From Eledone cirrhosa (Eukaryota), in the NCBI GenBank assembly GCA_964016885.1, contig OZ024742.1, positions 190,216,001 through 190,280,000 on the forward strand: a DNA stretch of 64,000 bases. The letters run 5' to 3'. Below are positions 1 to 14,605 of the stretch, piece after piece (the first letter of the stretch is position 1; the number at the start of each line of letters is the position of its first letter). Under the pieces are notes generated by a model. The model was not told the DNA's origin. It saw only the letters and a list, made by a program, of their open reading frames with translations, and made no database searches. Made by a program: the position numbers and the translations under genes.

Positions 1-759
1 GAAATTCGAATAATTTTAATCATTCGACACAGATTTATCTAGTCTTATAATTTATATTTATTTATAAATTTATTTATATATTTATTTATTTATGTATATA
101 TTTATTTATTTATTGAAACCAATACCTGACATACAAGACTTACGCATAAAACAGAGATAAACATTTAATGTGAATCTATATTGATAGTTTATTTAAATTT
201 TATGTTATATGATAAAAATCTTCAATATAAAGTCATCTCATAAGCATAGAGATAACACGACAGAATATTTTTTATTAGTTTCAAACATTTTTTTCTTGAT
301 TTTGTTGTCGTTGTTGGTTTATTTCCAAGAAATAAGGTACAAAAAAAAAAAGATAGTAAAAAAAAGAGATGAAAAAAGAAATATTTTTCATCAAACTATC
401 ATTTCCGGTAGAATTTAAAAAAAATCTTTGATCTTCTAGCTTCATAGATTCTTATAACTAAGAATCACTTGAAGATGATTAAACGAAGACAGTGAGTTAA
501 ACAAAGCTCTAAAGGACCGCCATCTTGTATGAGGTGCAGATATTTTCGCTTGTTTCACTTTCTCGTCTGGATTATATTTTTTTTCGATTTTAAATTTCAG
601 TTTTAGTAGTATTGTTATTTATATAATTATGTCAGCCTTACATGTATTGTTAGATTTTGATACTAGCTTTTAAACTACATAATGGAAAAAGTTATATACA
701 ATAACACAACTAGGATATATATGTATGTATATATGAAAAATAAAAAAATCTTCGAAACT

Positions 760-1500
<741 letters not shown>

Positions 1501-1959
1501 ATAAATATAAATTTAATATTTTGTACTAAAACGTTAAAAAAAAAACAAGGTGGTAGATATACAACCAGAAACTTAAATAAACATACACAGGATTATTGTA
1601 TGGCGATAGATATGTGGTGGTGATGGGGGTGGGGTGGGGGTGGGAGGTTAAATTGAGAGAAAAAAGATAAACAACTTTAATCGATATTTCAATTTTTGCT
1701 TGAGATTATACAGAATGGTTCTTTAAAGATCAAAAGTGTTACATTAATGATAATATTTAAATAAAAGTAGACTAAAAATGTAATACAAATCCCACTAAAT
1801 TGTAACATCAACAACACCTGAAACAACTACAGAAGGAATGACATGAAAAATAATTGATAAATCGAAGTGTTTTGTATCGTATGTAAAGACACTTTAAGTA
1901 TCGACATTTTAAATGCGTTGATGTTGCAATGAGCACAGAAGTGTATATATATATATATA

Positions 1960-2381
1960 TACGATATTAAATAAATGGAAACTATATATATAAAACCATA
2001 TTTATTTCATTATATATATTTCAGGGATATCATATTAAAAATATGGTATGCCTTCATCAGACAAAATACAATATAAACAGTCTTATAAATAGATAGATTT
2101 GACATACCTTACAACTTCAACTTCCATTTAAAAAGTTGTGAAGTTGTAAGGTATGTCAAATCTATCTATTTATAAGACTGTTTATATTGTATTTTGTCTG
2201 ATGAAGGCATACCATATTTTTAATATGATATCCCTGAAATATATATAATGAAATAAATATGGTTTTATAAATATAGTTTCCATTTATTTAATATCGTAAA
2301 TATACTCCAAATACTTGTTGAGTGCTTTTATATCAGTTATAAATATTTACTCGTTGTAACCCAACAATTTAAATAAAACTT

Positions 2382-2385
<4 letters not shown>
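1960..2385. mobile_element. PLE-derived fold-back palindrome (arms 1960-2119 and 2139-2298) with 3' tail 2299-2385, inserted in (TA)n
   Basis: ~160 bp near-perfect inverted arms, a hammerhead motif in each arm, and (TA)n on both sides. Confidence 0.8.
2190..2255 (+). ncRNA. Type I hammerhead ribozyme motif (mirror copy 2003-2068 on -)
   Basis: Stem I TATTTTGT/ATGAAATA, CTGATGA 2198-2204, long stem II AGG...CCT, GAAA 2236-2239, minimal palindromic stem III TATATA, AUA triplet. Confidence 0.75.
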
Positions 2386-2418
<33 letters not shown>

Positions 2419-2496
2419 TAAAATTATTTAAATTATTAAATTATTTAAATTATTAAAATTTATTATTATTACTATATATATATATATATATATATA

Positions 2497-2684
2497 CAAA
2501 TTTATCCCGGATTCAATCGGGGGTAACAACAGTAAGTAAGGTACTCAATACATAGCAGATTATAAATATTTAATATAGAAATGGCTTCTACAGGATTAGA
2601 ACTGCTTCATTCGGAAGAAATCATCAAGGCTTCCTGATAATTTCTCCCGAATGAAACAGTTCTAGTCCTGTAGAAACCATTTCT
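2497..2684. mobile_element. Short diverged fold-back palindrome (2577-2684) with hammerhead core at the apex and tail 2497-2576
   Basis: Arms are reverse complements with ~5 transitions. Right arm reads CTGATAA-TTTCTCCCGAAT-GAAAC; left arm on - reads TTGATGA...GAAGC. The tail abuts (TA)n. Confidence 0.7.
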
Positions 2685-2693
2685 CTCTCTCTC

Positions 2694-2826
<133 letters not shown>

Positions 2827-2847
2827 ACCATCTCTCTGTAGAAACCA

Positions 2848-2929
<82 letters not shown>

Positions 2930-2930
<1 letters not shown>

Positions 2931-3400
2931 GATAAACTCGTATAAGCGGCTGAAGATAGGTAAAAAATTCCGGGGTTCGTCCGTCAATTCCTCTTCGCAC
3001 CGGTCGCCGTCGAGACCTTAGGCGTACTTGGGCCCCATATTGCCGAGCTCTTCCGCAAGATCAGAGCGTCGGCGGTCCGTCTGAGGAGGGAGCTCTGCGA
3101 GTTTGGGTAGCTTTTGCAGCGGGTGTCACTGGCCATCGTCCGGGAGAATGCTTTTGCCGTCTTGTCAGCAGGGCGCAGGGCGAAGCACTTCTGCCCTCTT
3201 GCCCTAGGCCCAAAGCCCAATCACCCTCCCCCTTCACCCACTCCTCTCGTCTGCGATACCAGAGCTCTTGCTACCTCCTCCCGTTCTCTTTCTTCTTTCT
3301 CTCTCTCTTTTTTTTCTATATTTCCCTATTCATTCTTTCCTTTGTTTCCCCATTTTTTATTATTATTTCTTACAAAATGTAGATTGTTTCTATTAGAATA
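2930..3400 (+). mobile_element. 3' fragment of a CRE-like RLE non-LTR retrotransposon
   Basis: Translation FLFAPVAVETLGVLGP...LLQRVSLAIVRENAFAVL matches the C-terminal restriction-like endonuclease end of CRE-clade elements (FxPxAVETLG...QRxSxAIxRGNA); internal stop. Confidence 0.75.
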
Positions 3401-3784
3401 ATTATTATAGGCTTTATATAAGAACTTAGTGCCATTTCTACAACAAAGAATCGCGAATTAGTTACTTGACTTTCTTGTCTGATCGAAAATAGCGTAATGC
3501 CTTCAAATTATAGTTAAGTGTTTTACACATTTTAATAACGTTATTTAATGGAATCCGTACGTAAGTGTAAAGCAGGTAAGACCATGTAGATTTCATAGAT
3601 GAATATTTACAATATCACTTTAAAAAGAAAAACGTTTTCGAAACGGCGGTGGCACGGTTGTTAAGTAGTACAACTGGTATATAATTGCTAATTTTAAATG
3701 GTATTGACTGTACAGAGGAAAAAAGAATTTTGTTTTTAGTTGCTAGCTAGAAGAAGACGTTTCCTTTTGTTTCGCCGCTAGGCT

Positions 3785-4161
3785 CCGGCTTTGCCGCCAT
3801 ACAACCTTGAATTGATGAAGGGCGTATTCATCATGCTTCACAGAAACCTCGATCAGCCATGTTTGTGCAATGGGATGCGTATGGTTGTGATTGAACTATA
3901 GCCTCACGTCATCGAAGCCAAAATTCTTATTGAATGTGGTAAGGGAAACATCGTATTTATACATAGACTACCGTCAATACCAACAGATGTCCCCTTTCGT
4001 TTCAAACAATTGCAATTCCCAGTGAGAGTCAGTTACGTAATGATCATTAATAAGTCTGAAGATCAAACACTGCAGGTTGTCTGTCTCCATTTAGTCAATT
4101 GTATGTAGGTTGTTCCAGAGCAACGAATAAAGTTAAAAATATATATACTGAAATTCTGTAA
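3785..4161 (+). pseudogene. Helitron PIF1-type helicase C-terminal remnant
   Basis: Translates PALPPYNLELMKGVFIMLHRNLDQPCLCNGMRMVV...IVFIHRLPSIPTDVPFRFKQLQFPVRVSYVMIINKSEDQTL...QLYVGCSR...KNIYTEIL*, the canonical Helitron helicase motifs, with a stop and a deletion. Confidence 0.9.
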
Positions 4162-4239
4162 ATGTTTTATAATTTTCGGAGGTCAGATTAGTTGAAAACA
4201 CGAAAAACCTTAATTATAATAATTATTCTATTCAGTATT

Positions 4240-4990
4240 TTTAGTGGTCGACAAACAAAGAAACAAACATTTAAAAACCGTATTAAAGAGCATGTTAACA
4301 CCAACTCCTCTCCCATCCGCAAACACATCGTCAAATGCGGAAAACGGAACAACATTACCACCACAATCTTAGCTACCGAACGCAGTATAGGCACGCTGAG
4401 AATTAAGGAAGACCTCTTAATCAAGCAATTAAAACCTAGGATCAATAATCGAATGGAAAGAGGTGCACCATAATGGTTAATTTAAAAGCCTGTATTCCAA
4501 CATCCCAGTGGCCCGTTTCTAGACTCACACACATACACATACATATATCACACACATATTTTCCCTTTTTTATTATATACATATTCGTCCACGTCTTTCA
4601 ATTCATAAATTTACATAGAAACATCCTACTTACACACTTACATTCACGCACACACATGCATATATGAAACACTTTTCTGCAAACATTTCACAACACGCAC
4701 GTTCGAAATTTTAACGTCTTTTCATTTCATTTAAATTAAATCTGACTTCCAAATAAGTCAACTCCGAACGATCCTTTAAGTCTCTCCTACGGATGCTCCC
4801 TTGATAATGGGTTTTAAACCCGAAAATATTTGGGATAATTAAATTTGCTAAGGTAAGATATTTTTGTTATCTTAGCGATTTAATTTTCTTTCTAATGCAT
4901 TGTTTGGTTTTCAAAATTATTTAAATTTGTGTTTCCTATTCAACAATGATTCAAGCAAGCTACAAAACTCTGTTATTTTTTAATAAGTAT
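4240..4990 (+). mobile_element. Penelope-like element 3' remnant: GIY-YIG endonuclease C-terminus (to 4473), 3' UTR and degenerate hammerhead
   Basis: TFKNRIKEH...SPIRKHIVKC...ILATE...LRIKEDLLIKQLKPRIN matches the PLE GIY-YIG C-terminal half; hammerhead-like motif downstream. Confidence 0.8.
4797..4835 (+). ncRNA. Degenerate minimal hammerhead motif
   Basis: TCCC-TTGATAA-T-GGGTT(TTA)AACCC-GAAA-ATAT-TT-GGGA: all three stems present, two substitutions in the CUGAUGA core. Confidence 0.6.
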
Positions 4991-5698
4991 TGTACATATT
5001 TATTTCTTCCACAAATGTGTTTTATATTTACAGTCAAATTTGTTTTCGCTTTTGTTTCATTATTTTCTATTCCCTACTTTTAATACAATTGTTCAATCAA
5101 ATCATCCAGTACAAAGTCGCCACTCATTAATTTTATTTCAATATAGAGAAGGTTTCTAGGAGCTTGCAGTGTCATTTACAACATTTACTAAGAGAAAGAA
5201 TCTAGAACCTTTCACTCTTAATTACTGCATCGACTGCAAATTTTATCTTATCTCTAATGTATTTATCACATTAAATAATGGGTTAAATACCCGAACATAC
5301 CTTGTTACGGTCTAAATATATTGGATGTGAAAGAACGAAGATTATACTGGTATTCTGTGGATGTGTATATTTTTATTGGAGAAGTTAAGAAATTTTTAAT
5401 ATATTCACCAATCCAAATTTTTACTTTACAATTTTACGGTCAAATGCATACACAGAAATAGAGAGGATTAAAAAAAAAAATATTTATTCGATATAAAAAT
5501 TAAATGATAGTATCGTAATTGTCAGTCAGTTGGCCCGTTTGTGTCTTCCTGGCAACCAATATTTTTAGACTCAGTCCCACAATGGCTATTGTTGTAATAT
5601 ATTATTCTCCTATATTTTATGTTTTATTTCTTTGTTGACTTTTCTCATATATGACACCCATCCACACAAAGGCATATGTATAAACACGCATATGTATG

Positions 5699-5754
<56 letters not shown>

Positions 5755-5767
5755 TTTCAACTTGAAT

Positions 5768-6069
<302 letters not shown>

Positions 6070-6099
6070 GTATACACACACACACGCATATATATGTTT

Positions 6100-6135
<36 letters not shown>

Positions 6136-6524
6136 GTATATATATCGATGGAAATGTGTTTTCTATGTCCGGCCAATTTTCAAGTGTCTATTATTAGTTA
6201 TTGAACCGGAAACGAACATCATTACATTTCTATCTCTTTTTCTACTTGACGCCTTCCAATCACCAAACTAATTAAAACACATACAAAAACAAATCCTGTT
6301 GTTGTCTCCTTTAACGTTGTTTATATTGAAGTTGTTGTTGTTGTTGTTGTGGTTCTTGTGGTTGTTGTTGTTGTTGTATTTCTACTTGTCATCATTGTCC
6401 TGATTGTTATTCTTGTTTTTAGAAAATTAATGTAGATTTCTTACTATTATCGTAGTCATGATGATGATGATAATCATAATCACCATCATTATGTATGTCA
6501 TCTTTACCATCATCATTGTTATAG

Positions 6525-6538
6525 CAAGAACAACGACG

Positions 6539-6574
<36 letters not shown>

Positions 6575-6594
6575 GCAGCAGAAGCAGCAGCAGC

Positions 6595-6683
<89 letters not shown>
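6525..6683. repeat. (ACA)n/(GCA)n/(ATA)n compound microsatellite
   Basis: Direct reading. Confidence 0.95.
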
Positions 6684-7760
6684 GGGAAGAAGACGCACGA
6701 GGTGACGGAGGTCATGAAATCGCTCCCGTAAGTTTTGAATCTTTAACATATTTAAATCATTTGTGAAATAACAACTCTTAGTACAAATGCTACGTAAAGC
6801 ACCCGGCTTGAGCCCCAAAAAATTCGGACCCAAAATATATTGTTATAAGGCTCAAATATTCAAATATTCAACTTTGTATTGTTCACTGTATATCCAAAAA
6901 AGAAAATGGCTATAAATGGAAGAAGAACCCCCCCCCCCCCTCCTCTCCTCTGTCTACACTATATAGAACAGCCAAACTCACCAACACCAGAAACTAGATA
7001 CATCACCCACCCCATCACCTGTGTACACTAAACCCAACAGCCAGATAACGGCATTTTCACCACCACCGCTCACTACGGCCATCATTACCACCATTATCCC
7101 ATCACCGCCGCCACCACCCCTTCACTCCTTCACTGCTACCACCGCTACAGCACCATCACTACAGTAATACGGTTACATCACCGCCACCACTGCCTCGGTA
7201 TCGACATCACCACCACCACTGTCTCAGTATCGCAACCGCCGCCAGTCTTCCACTTCTCCCAGTTGGCTGCTGCCACCACATTATAGAATCCCTACTGCTA
7301 AACAAGAGGAAGGCATCAAAATATATAGATAGACTCAAAAGAAAAAAGAAAAAACAAACAACAAAACCAAAGCAGCACAGCAACAACAGCAAAAAACGAG
7401 AAAAACAAACAGAGAAAAACAAAAACAAAAAAACCCCCCCCAAAACGTAAAGAAAATAAGAATGAAGAGAGAAGCAGGCGGACGGACAGAGAAGAGGGGG
7501 GAAAAACTAAAACTTAAAAAACAAAAACTAAGTCAGACATTCGAACACTACATTACAATGAAACTTATGCTTATTCATTTTTGGGGCCCTTTCTGCCTGT
7601 GTGTTTGTTTGTTTATGTGTGTTCGTATACAGCGTGGTGATAATGCCACACAAGGGCCAAGTGGAATGGCGGATCCACAGATGGATATGTAACCATACAT
7701 TCGCCAATCCTCGATAAGAGTGTTTAAATATCGAACATAAACAGTTCGAATAACGGTGAA

Positions 7761-10700
7761 ATGGAGACTAGAACGTCATGTGACAGACTCTCACCCAACA
7801 GGTGCCCCCTAGCTCAGCAGCAGGAACCTGACTGTCAACCAAATACTGCTGATGTTGGAGGAAGGAGAAGAAGGAAAGGGGCCAGAACCAACTGGACGAA
7901 AAAATTGAATAGAACTGTTATGCAATGTTACCTGAAAAGTAACCCCAAGGAGAGGGGCTACAGGAGACGGATGCATAACATCTGGAACGAGATTGGTTTA
8001 TTTAAATTAGATGAACAAAAATTGGCCGGGCAGGCTCGGGTAATAAGAACTAATGGGTGGATAAGCGAGCTGGAACTGGAGGAACTGAGCAGAGAGAATG
8101 GCTTGGAGATGGCGGGTGTAGTATGCCAGACAAGCGAGCCAGTGGGAAATGAAGGTGAAGAGGTCCTGAGAACGGAGGAACCACCCGAAGCAGACAATGA
8201 TCTGAATACTGAGATAAATAATACCTGGAACAGAGATACGGCCACTGAGGAGATGAATGCTGACGGGCTAGGACAAGATTCGGTTGACATCCTAAATTTA
8301 GTGGTAGATGAATTGAACAATGATAGTGGGAGACCTATGAACCTAAGATTTGTAGACAGGAAAAAGTTAAAAGAAACAACAGCTAAGGTAAACAAAGTCA
8401 TCCCATACCTTGAGACGAGGAGCCTTCACCAGTGCAACAATATCCTCAAAGCAACAGCAAATACGGTGAGGAAACTACTTGGTATAAAAGCGAGAGGAAA
8501 CAACAGACAAGAAAGAGCAGAGCCGTGGTGGAAGAAGCGACTGAGTGGGCAAATCGGGGAAATGAGAAATGACATAGGAAAGCTTGAGTCACTACTGAAT
8601 GGGACACTAAAAAACATAGGCACTAAAAATAGACTGGAAATAAAATACAAAACTAGGAGGAAAAAGCTAAATATTATCATAGAGGAACTGAAGCAACGCA
8701 TTGTAGCAAAGAGTGCAAAAATCAGGCGATACGAGAACAGAGTCAGTCAGTATAAACAGAACCGCATGTTCGACAACAACCAGAAGATGCTGTTTGGACA
8801 GCTTGAGGGGAAAGAAAGAGGCAACGACTTGATCCCTGGGGCGGAGCAAACTAAAACATTCTGGAGAGGAATATGGGAGCAGGATGTTAAACATAATGAC
8901 CAGGCAGTGTGGATTGAGACAGTAGAGAAGGAGATCAGTGAACAGGCACACCAACAAACTGATTTGAGTATCACAGTTGAAACTCTTAAGGGGCAGGCCA
9001 AAAAACTAACCAAGTGGAAATCACCAGGCCCAGATGGTGTGCAGGGGTATTGGATTAAAAATATAACATCCCTCCACCCGAAACTGACAACCATGTTCAA
9101 TGACTGCTTGATGTCAGGTGAGGTACCAGAGTGGTTGACAAAAGGTACCACAGTTCTGATAATGAAAGACCGAATCAAAGGTAATGATGTTACCAACTAT
9201 AGACCTATCACATGTCTGTCCGTAATGTGGAAACTGTTGACAAGCATTATGTCTGAGGAAATCTACCATCACCTCCACACAAACAACTTGTTACCGGACG
9301 AACAGAAAGGATGCCGAAAGAAGTCACGTGGTACAAAGGACCAGTTACTTATTGATAAGATGGTAATGAGGAATTGCAAGAGGAGACACACTGGTCTTGC
9401 CATGGGATGGATAGACTACAAAAAGGCATTTGACATGGTGCCTCATTCTTGGATCACCAAAAGCCTGGAGATCTTCAAGGTGGCAGATAACATCAGACAG
9501 TTGTTGGGCAAAAGTATGAAGTCCTGGGAAACAGAGTTAACATCAACTGGAGAATCCTTGGGAAGCGTGAAGATCAAGAGTGGTATCTTCCAGGGAGATA
9601 GTCTGTCCCCTCTGTTGTTTGTCCTTGCCCTGATGCCCCTGACCTGTGTACTGCGAAAAGTGAGAGCAGGATACAGGTTGGGAAAGGGAGGGCTTACCAT
9701 CAATCACCTCTTCTTCATGGACGATCTTAAGCTCTTCGGGAAGAGTGAGAAGGAGTTGGATGTGCTTGTTGACACTGTCCGTATTTTCAGCAATGATATA
9801 TGTATGCAATTTGGTATTAGTAAGTGTGAAGTCCTTGTGATGAAGAGGGGGTAAATTGAGCAGAAGCAACGGAATCCAGGTACCAACAGGTGAGATGATA
9901 AAGGAAATTGACACTGAAGAAGGATACAAGTATTTGGGTGTTCTGCAGGCTGATGACATCAAGAACAAAACAATGAAGGAATTGATAAGATCTGAATACA
10001 TTCGGAGAGTAAGGAGCGTATTAAAGTCACACCTGAACAGTAGGAATGCCATAAGTGCAGTAAATTCCCGAGCTGTGTCTATTGTTAGGTACAGTGCGGG
10101 AATTCTGACATGGAATGTTGCTGAACAAAAAGAAATGGATAGGAAGACTAGGAAGCTATTGACTATCTACAACATGTTCCACAAGAGGAGTGATGTCGAT
10201 AGACTCTACTTAAGGATATCTGAAGGTGGAAGAGGTCTTATCAGCATAGAGGACTGTGTTCAGATGGAGAAAAACAACCTACACAAATACGTGACTGATA
10301 GTAAGGAGCCAATGCTCAGAATTGTCTTGAAGGAGAGGACAACAGACCAGGGGATGTCCAAGGAGGAAATAACAACAAGGAGAAAGAGCAGCCTTCAGGA
10401 AAAATCCCTTCATAGTACCTTCTTTGAGAAAACTGAATTCAGAGATCCACAGACATGGAACTGGTTGAAAAGAGGAGACCTTAAAAGGGCTACAGAAGGA
10501 ATGTTAATGGTTGCGCAGGAGCAGGCACTCAAAACGAAGTGGTTGAAACACCACATTTACAAGGAGTAGGCTAGCCCACTGTGCAGGATCTGTGGAGAGA
10601 GAGAGGAGACTGTGGCTCACATTGTATCCGAGTGTAAACACCTAGCCCAGACTCACTATAAGGGCTGGAGACATGATGTGATGGGCAGGGTGATCCACTG

Positions 10701-11154
10701 GCATCTATGCAAAGCAAACAATTTACCACATTCTGAGAAGTGGTATGAGCATAAGCCAGAGGCGGTGACACAAAACGATCAGGTGAAAGTGCTGTGGGGT
10801 TTTAGGATACAGACGGACAAGAAACTGGAACACAATAGACCTGACCTGGTGGTTTTGGACAAAGAAAAAAGATCGTGTCTGATTGTGGATGTGGCCTGCC
10901 CATTCGACAAGAGAGTGCAAGAGAAGGAGAGGGAGAAAATTAACCGATACCAGGACTTAAAGTGGGAGGTAAAAAGGATTTGGAACTGCCATGAAGTCAA
11001 AGTGATCCCGATTGTCATAGGCGCACTAGGGACTATCTCAAAAAGTTTCCAGGGATGGTTAAAGAAAATTGGCCCCTTCACGCTTTTTGGAACGCTTCAA
11101 AGGGCATGCTTGCTGGGAACAGCAAGAACCCTGCGAAACGTTCTGAATATCTGA
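7761..11154 (+). mobile_element. R4/Dong-type single-ORF non-LTR retrotransposon (RT, CCHC finger, RLE endonuclease) with two lesions
   Basis: RT motifs SPGPDG, YRPITCL, QKGC..GTKDQLLID, WIDYKKAFD.VPH, GIFQGDSLSPLLF, FMDDLKL; CRIC..ETVAHIVSEC, RHD and RPDL..IVDVACP..K RLE. Extra G in the run at ~9847-9851 and in-frame TAG 10567-10569. Short 3' UTR ends in (TAA)n at 11231-11266. Confidence 0.93.
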
Positions 11155-11264
11155 GGCTGCAGGTAGTGGCTTGATATTCATTTCAACAAACTTTCCAGTT
11201 AACTAACATCAATGACTGAGACTCAAAGAGTAATAACAATAATAACAATAATAATAATAATAAT

Positions 11265-11437
11265 AATTGTTCCTACTTTAGGCACATGGCCACCAATTAC
11301 CCAGTGTATTACTGGTACTTTATTTTATCCACCCCGTGAAAGGCAAAGTTAACCGTGGCAGGATTTGAACTCAGAATGGCAAGGGACGTAACTCTATGTG
11401 TCAAAGCATGGAGTCCGACCCTCTACCCATACTGCCA
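11265..11437 (-). mobile_element. tRNA-derived SINE family A
   Basis: On -: A-box TGGCAGTATGG, B-box GAGTTCAAATCC, central GCCTTTCA..GATAAAATAAAGTACCAG domain and GTGCC..AGTAG.AACAATT end; many copies in the window. Confidence 0.85.
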
Positions 11438-11464
11438 ATTAATAATTATAAATACAAATCGACA

Positions 11465-12005
<541 letters not shown>

Positions 12006-12164
12006 GATAGGACAACCTTACTGTTATTGATACTTCTGCTATAAATTGCCGCCAACTCAACTTTCCAAACCAACAGTTCTCTATTTACAATATGGTGTCC
12101 ACCAAATATTGAAATAATGATAATAACTTCCGGTTCACTTGCAAATATATACTGTTGACCATAT

Positions 12165-12349
12165 CTCTCTCTCTCCTCCTCTCTCACTCTTTCTCTCTCC
12201 CTCTTTCTCTCTGTCTATCTTTCTCTTTCTTTCTCTCTCTCTCTTTTTCTGTTTCTCTCTCTCTCTCTCTCTCTCCCCTATCTCTTTCTTTCTCTCTTTC
12301 CTGTCTTCCTGATTGTTCTACTTTCTTTGTTCTTTTTTTACTTTTCTTT

Positions 12350-12409
<60 letters not shown>

Positions 12410-12611
12410 TTTGTTCTTCTTTAGTCTCTAATTATAGATTTATGTAAATAATTGATGTGCTGCTGCTGCTACTATTGTCCTGTCTGTGGGCGAATGAGTT
12501 GTATATTTATAAACACAAAAAGAAAATATGAGCAGACAGCACAATACAACCACCACCACCACCACCACCACCACCACCACCACCACCACCACCACCACCA
12601 CCACCACGATC

Positions 12612-12645
<34 letters not shown>

Positions 12646-12684
12646 CGACTACCAACAACCTCTACTACCACGACGACGACAAAG

Positions 12685-12719
<35 letters not shown>

Positions 12720-12745
12720 TACTACTACTACTACTACTACTACTG
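12165..12745. repeat. (CT)n, (CTTT)n, (CAC)n and (CTA)n microsatellite cluster
   Basis: Direct reading. Confidence 0.9.
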
Positions 12746-12919
12746 TCCTTAAAAAGAACGATGATTGTGAAGCTTAAATGAATAAGATAAATATTGTGGA
12801 AATAGTAGAAACACACAGACGCCCCCTCCCCACACACACACTCATACACACCATCTTACACAGATTACACAGATAAGGGTGAAATGTACCATTTTTGTTA
12901 TGGTGTTGGAATTACCTCC

Positions 12920-13200
12920 CTTGGTTCCAGCGACGTGTGTTTCTGTAGTTTGATCGACGTACAAGTGTCTGAACATTCCACAGACACCTACATTCTTGAC
13001 GTAGTTCTCAGGAAGATTCAACGTGATATCGCGTGAAAAGCTGGCATCTTGAATTACAGGTACAACTCATTTTTACCAGCTTAGTTGACCGTACTAACGT
13101 GAAATAATGTATCTTGCTTAACGATACAACAAACCAAAGATAATCGAACTTATAACCTTATGATCGCCAGTCGAACATTCTCACCGCCGAGCCACGGACA
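12920..13200 (-). mobile_element. Diverged tRNA-derived SINE (head similar to family B)
   Basis: On -: GTGGCTCGGCGGTGAGA...AAGTTCGATT followed by AAGCAAGATACATTATTTCACG, similar to 50620-50960. Confidence 0.6.
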
Positions 13201-13464
13201 TTCACGTAAAAGAAAAACCAGTAAAAGAAATATGCTTCGTTATTCGAAAAGTCTTATTATATCTAAATATTAATTCCTTGTGTGATATGTCTGCATTTCC
13301 TTGGTTCGGGGTTGATATACAAAATACTTTGCCTTTCATCCTTTCGAGGTCTAAATACCCCATTCCTACCGGACTGAAATCTCACTGGATGAAAACCCCA
13401 CGTAGTTAAAAAGTAAACAGCATAAGATAAAACAAAGTCTATTTATGATTCTTATATCTGACAT

Positions 13465-13742
13465 TATTAACCTGCCGAGGTTAACTTTGCCTTTCATCCT
13501 TACGGTGTCGATCAAATAAAGCAGCAGTAATGCTCTGGGATAACTGCTGGCCTTGTGCCAAAAGAAAAAAACAATTATTAAAAGACTCTGAACTGGCAGT
13601 CGTTATAACATCAGATAGAACGTTTTGCAGTATTTATCCTGGCTCTCTTCGAACTCTTCATTCAAATCATGCTGAGGTCAACTTTGCTTTGATCCTTTCA
13701 AGGCCAATTAAAAAAAGTACCAGTCTAGTACTGGGGTTGATT
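13465..13742 (+). mobile_element. Two adjacent partial SINE family A copies
   Basis: GCCGAGGTTAACTTTGCCTTTCATCC...CTGGCCTTGTGCCAAAAG, then TTCAAATCATGCTGAGGTCAACTTTGC...AAGTACCAG. Confidence 0.7.
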
Positions 13743-13924
13743 CTTCTTCTATATCTTTTCTCATTTCCTCTCTCTCACTTTCTATCTTTCTCTGGAAGAA
13801 ATCTGCTATATTCAGGCCTGGAAAGGAATAAGCTTCACCAGTATTAAAAAATGCCCAAGAAACGCCGTATGTCAATACGGCGCCCCTACGACTCTATCAG
13901 GAGTTACGAGACTATACATACATA

Positions 13925-14097
13925 ACTGTTTCTACTTTTGGCACAAGGCAAGCAATCATCCCAGTGCATTACTGGTACTTTATTTTATCGACCCCGTAAG
14001 GATGAAAGGCAAAGTTAATCTCGGCGGGATTTGAACTGAGAATGTCAAGGGCATGCTGCAAACCATGGCGTCCGACCCTCTAACGATACTGCCAATA
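13925..14097 (-). mobile_element. SINE family A
   Basis: Near full-length match to 51717-51903. Confidence 0.85.
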
Positions 14098-14109
14098 CAT
14101 ACATAACGT

Positions 14110-14605
14110 CATAAAAAACGCTTTGCAGCATTTATCCTGGCTCTATGCGATCTCTTTGTTCAATTCCTGCCAAAGTCAACTTTCCTTTCATCCTTTAGAG
14201 ATCAATTAACAAAAGTACCAGTGTAGTACTGGAGTCGATTCTTCCTCTATATCTCTATCTCACTTCTTTTCTCCCACTTTCTATCTTTCTGTGGAAGAAA
14301 TCAAAGATAGAGCTGAGTAGGTAGTGGCAGAAACCAAAAAAAAGAAGACCCCCCCCCAAAAAAAAAAAAAAAACAAAAAAAACAAAACAAAACAAAAAAA
14401 AAAAACATTTCTTACAGAAAAAACACTAAGAAATGAAATAAAATGAAATGGTTTGTACCGAAATGACACGACCACTAATACGAAGGACAAAATGCCTCGT
14501 GGTATTTTCTCCGGTTCTCTGCACTTTGAGTTCAAATCCTGCCGATGCCATATTTCCACTTTCATGCATTCGGAGTTCGGAGTAGATAGGGATAAAATAC
14601 CAGTT
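14110..14605 (+). mobile_element. Two diverged SINE family A-related copies (14110-14240, 14475-14605)
   Basis: GTTCAATTCCTGCC / GAGTTCAAATCCTGCC B-boxes followed by CTTTCAT...ACCAG. Confidence 0.6.

Noticed and set aside
5265-5330. Hammerhead-like GGGT(TAAAT)ACCC-GAAC motif
   Set aside because: The core is too degenerate (TAAATAA, GAAC) to call, though it may be a decayed relative of 4797-4835.
7584-7712. HDV-like ribozyme in the Dong 5' UTR (GGCCCTT/AAGGGCC pairing plus a second hairpin)
   Set aside because: P3/L3 and P1.1 of the nested double pseudoknot could not be assigned by eye; a descriptor search would be needed.
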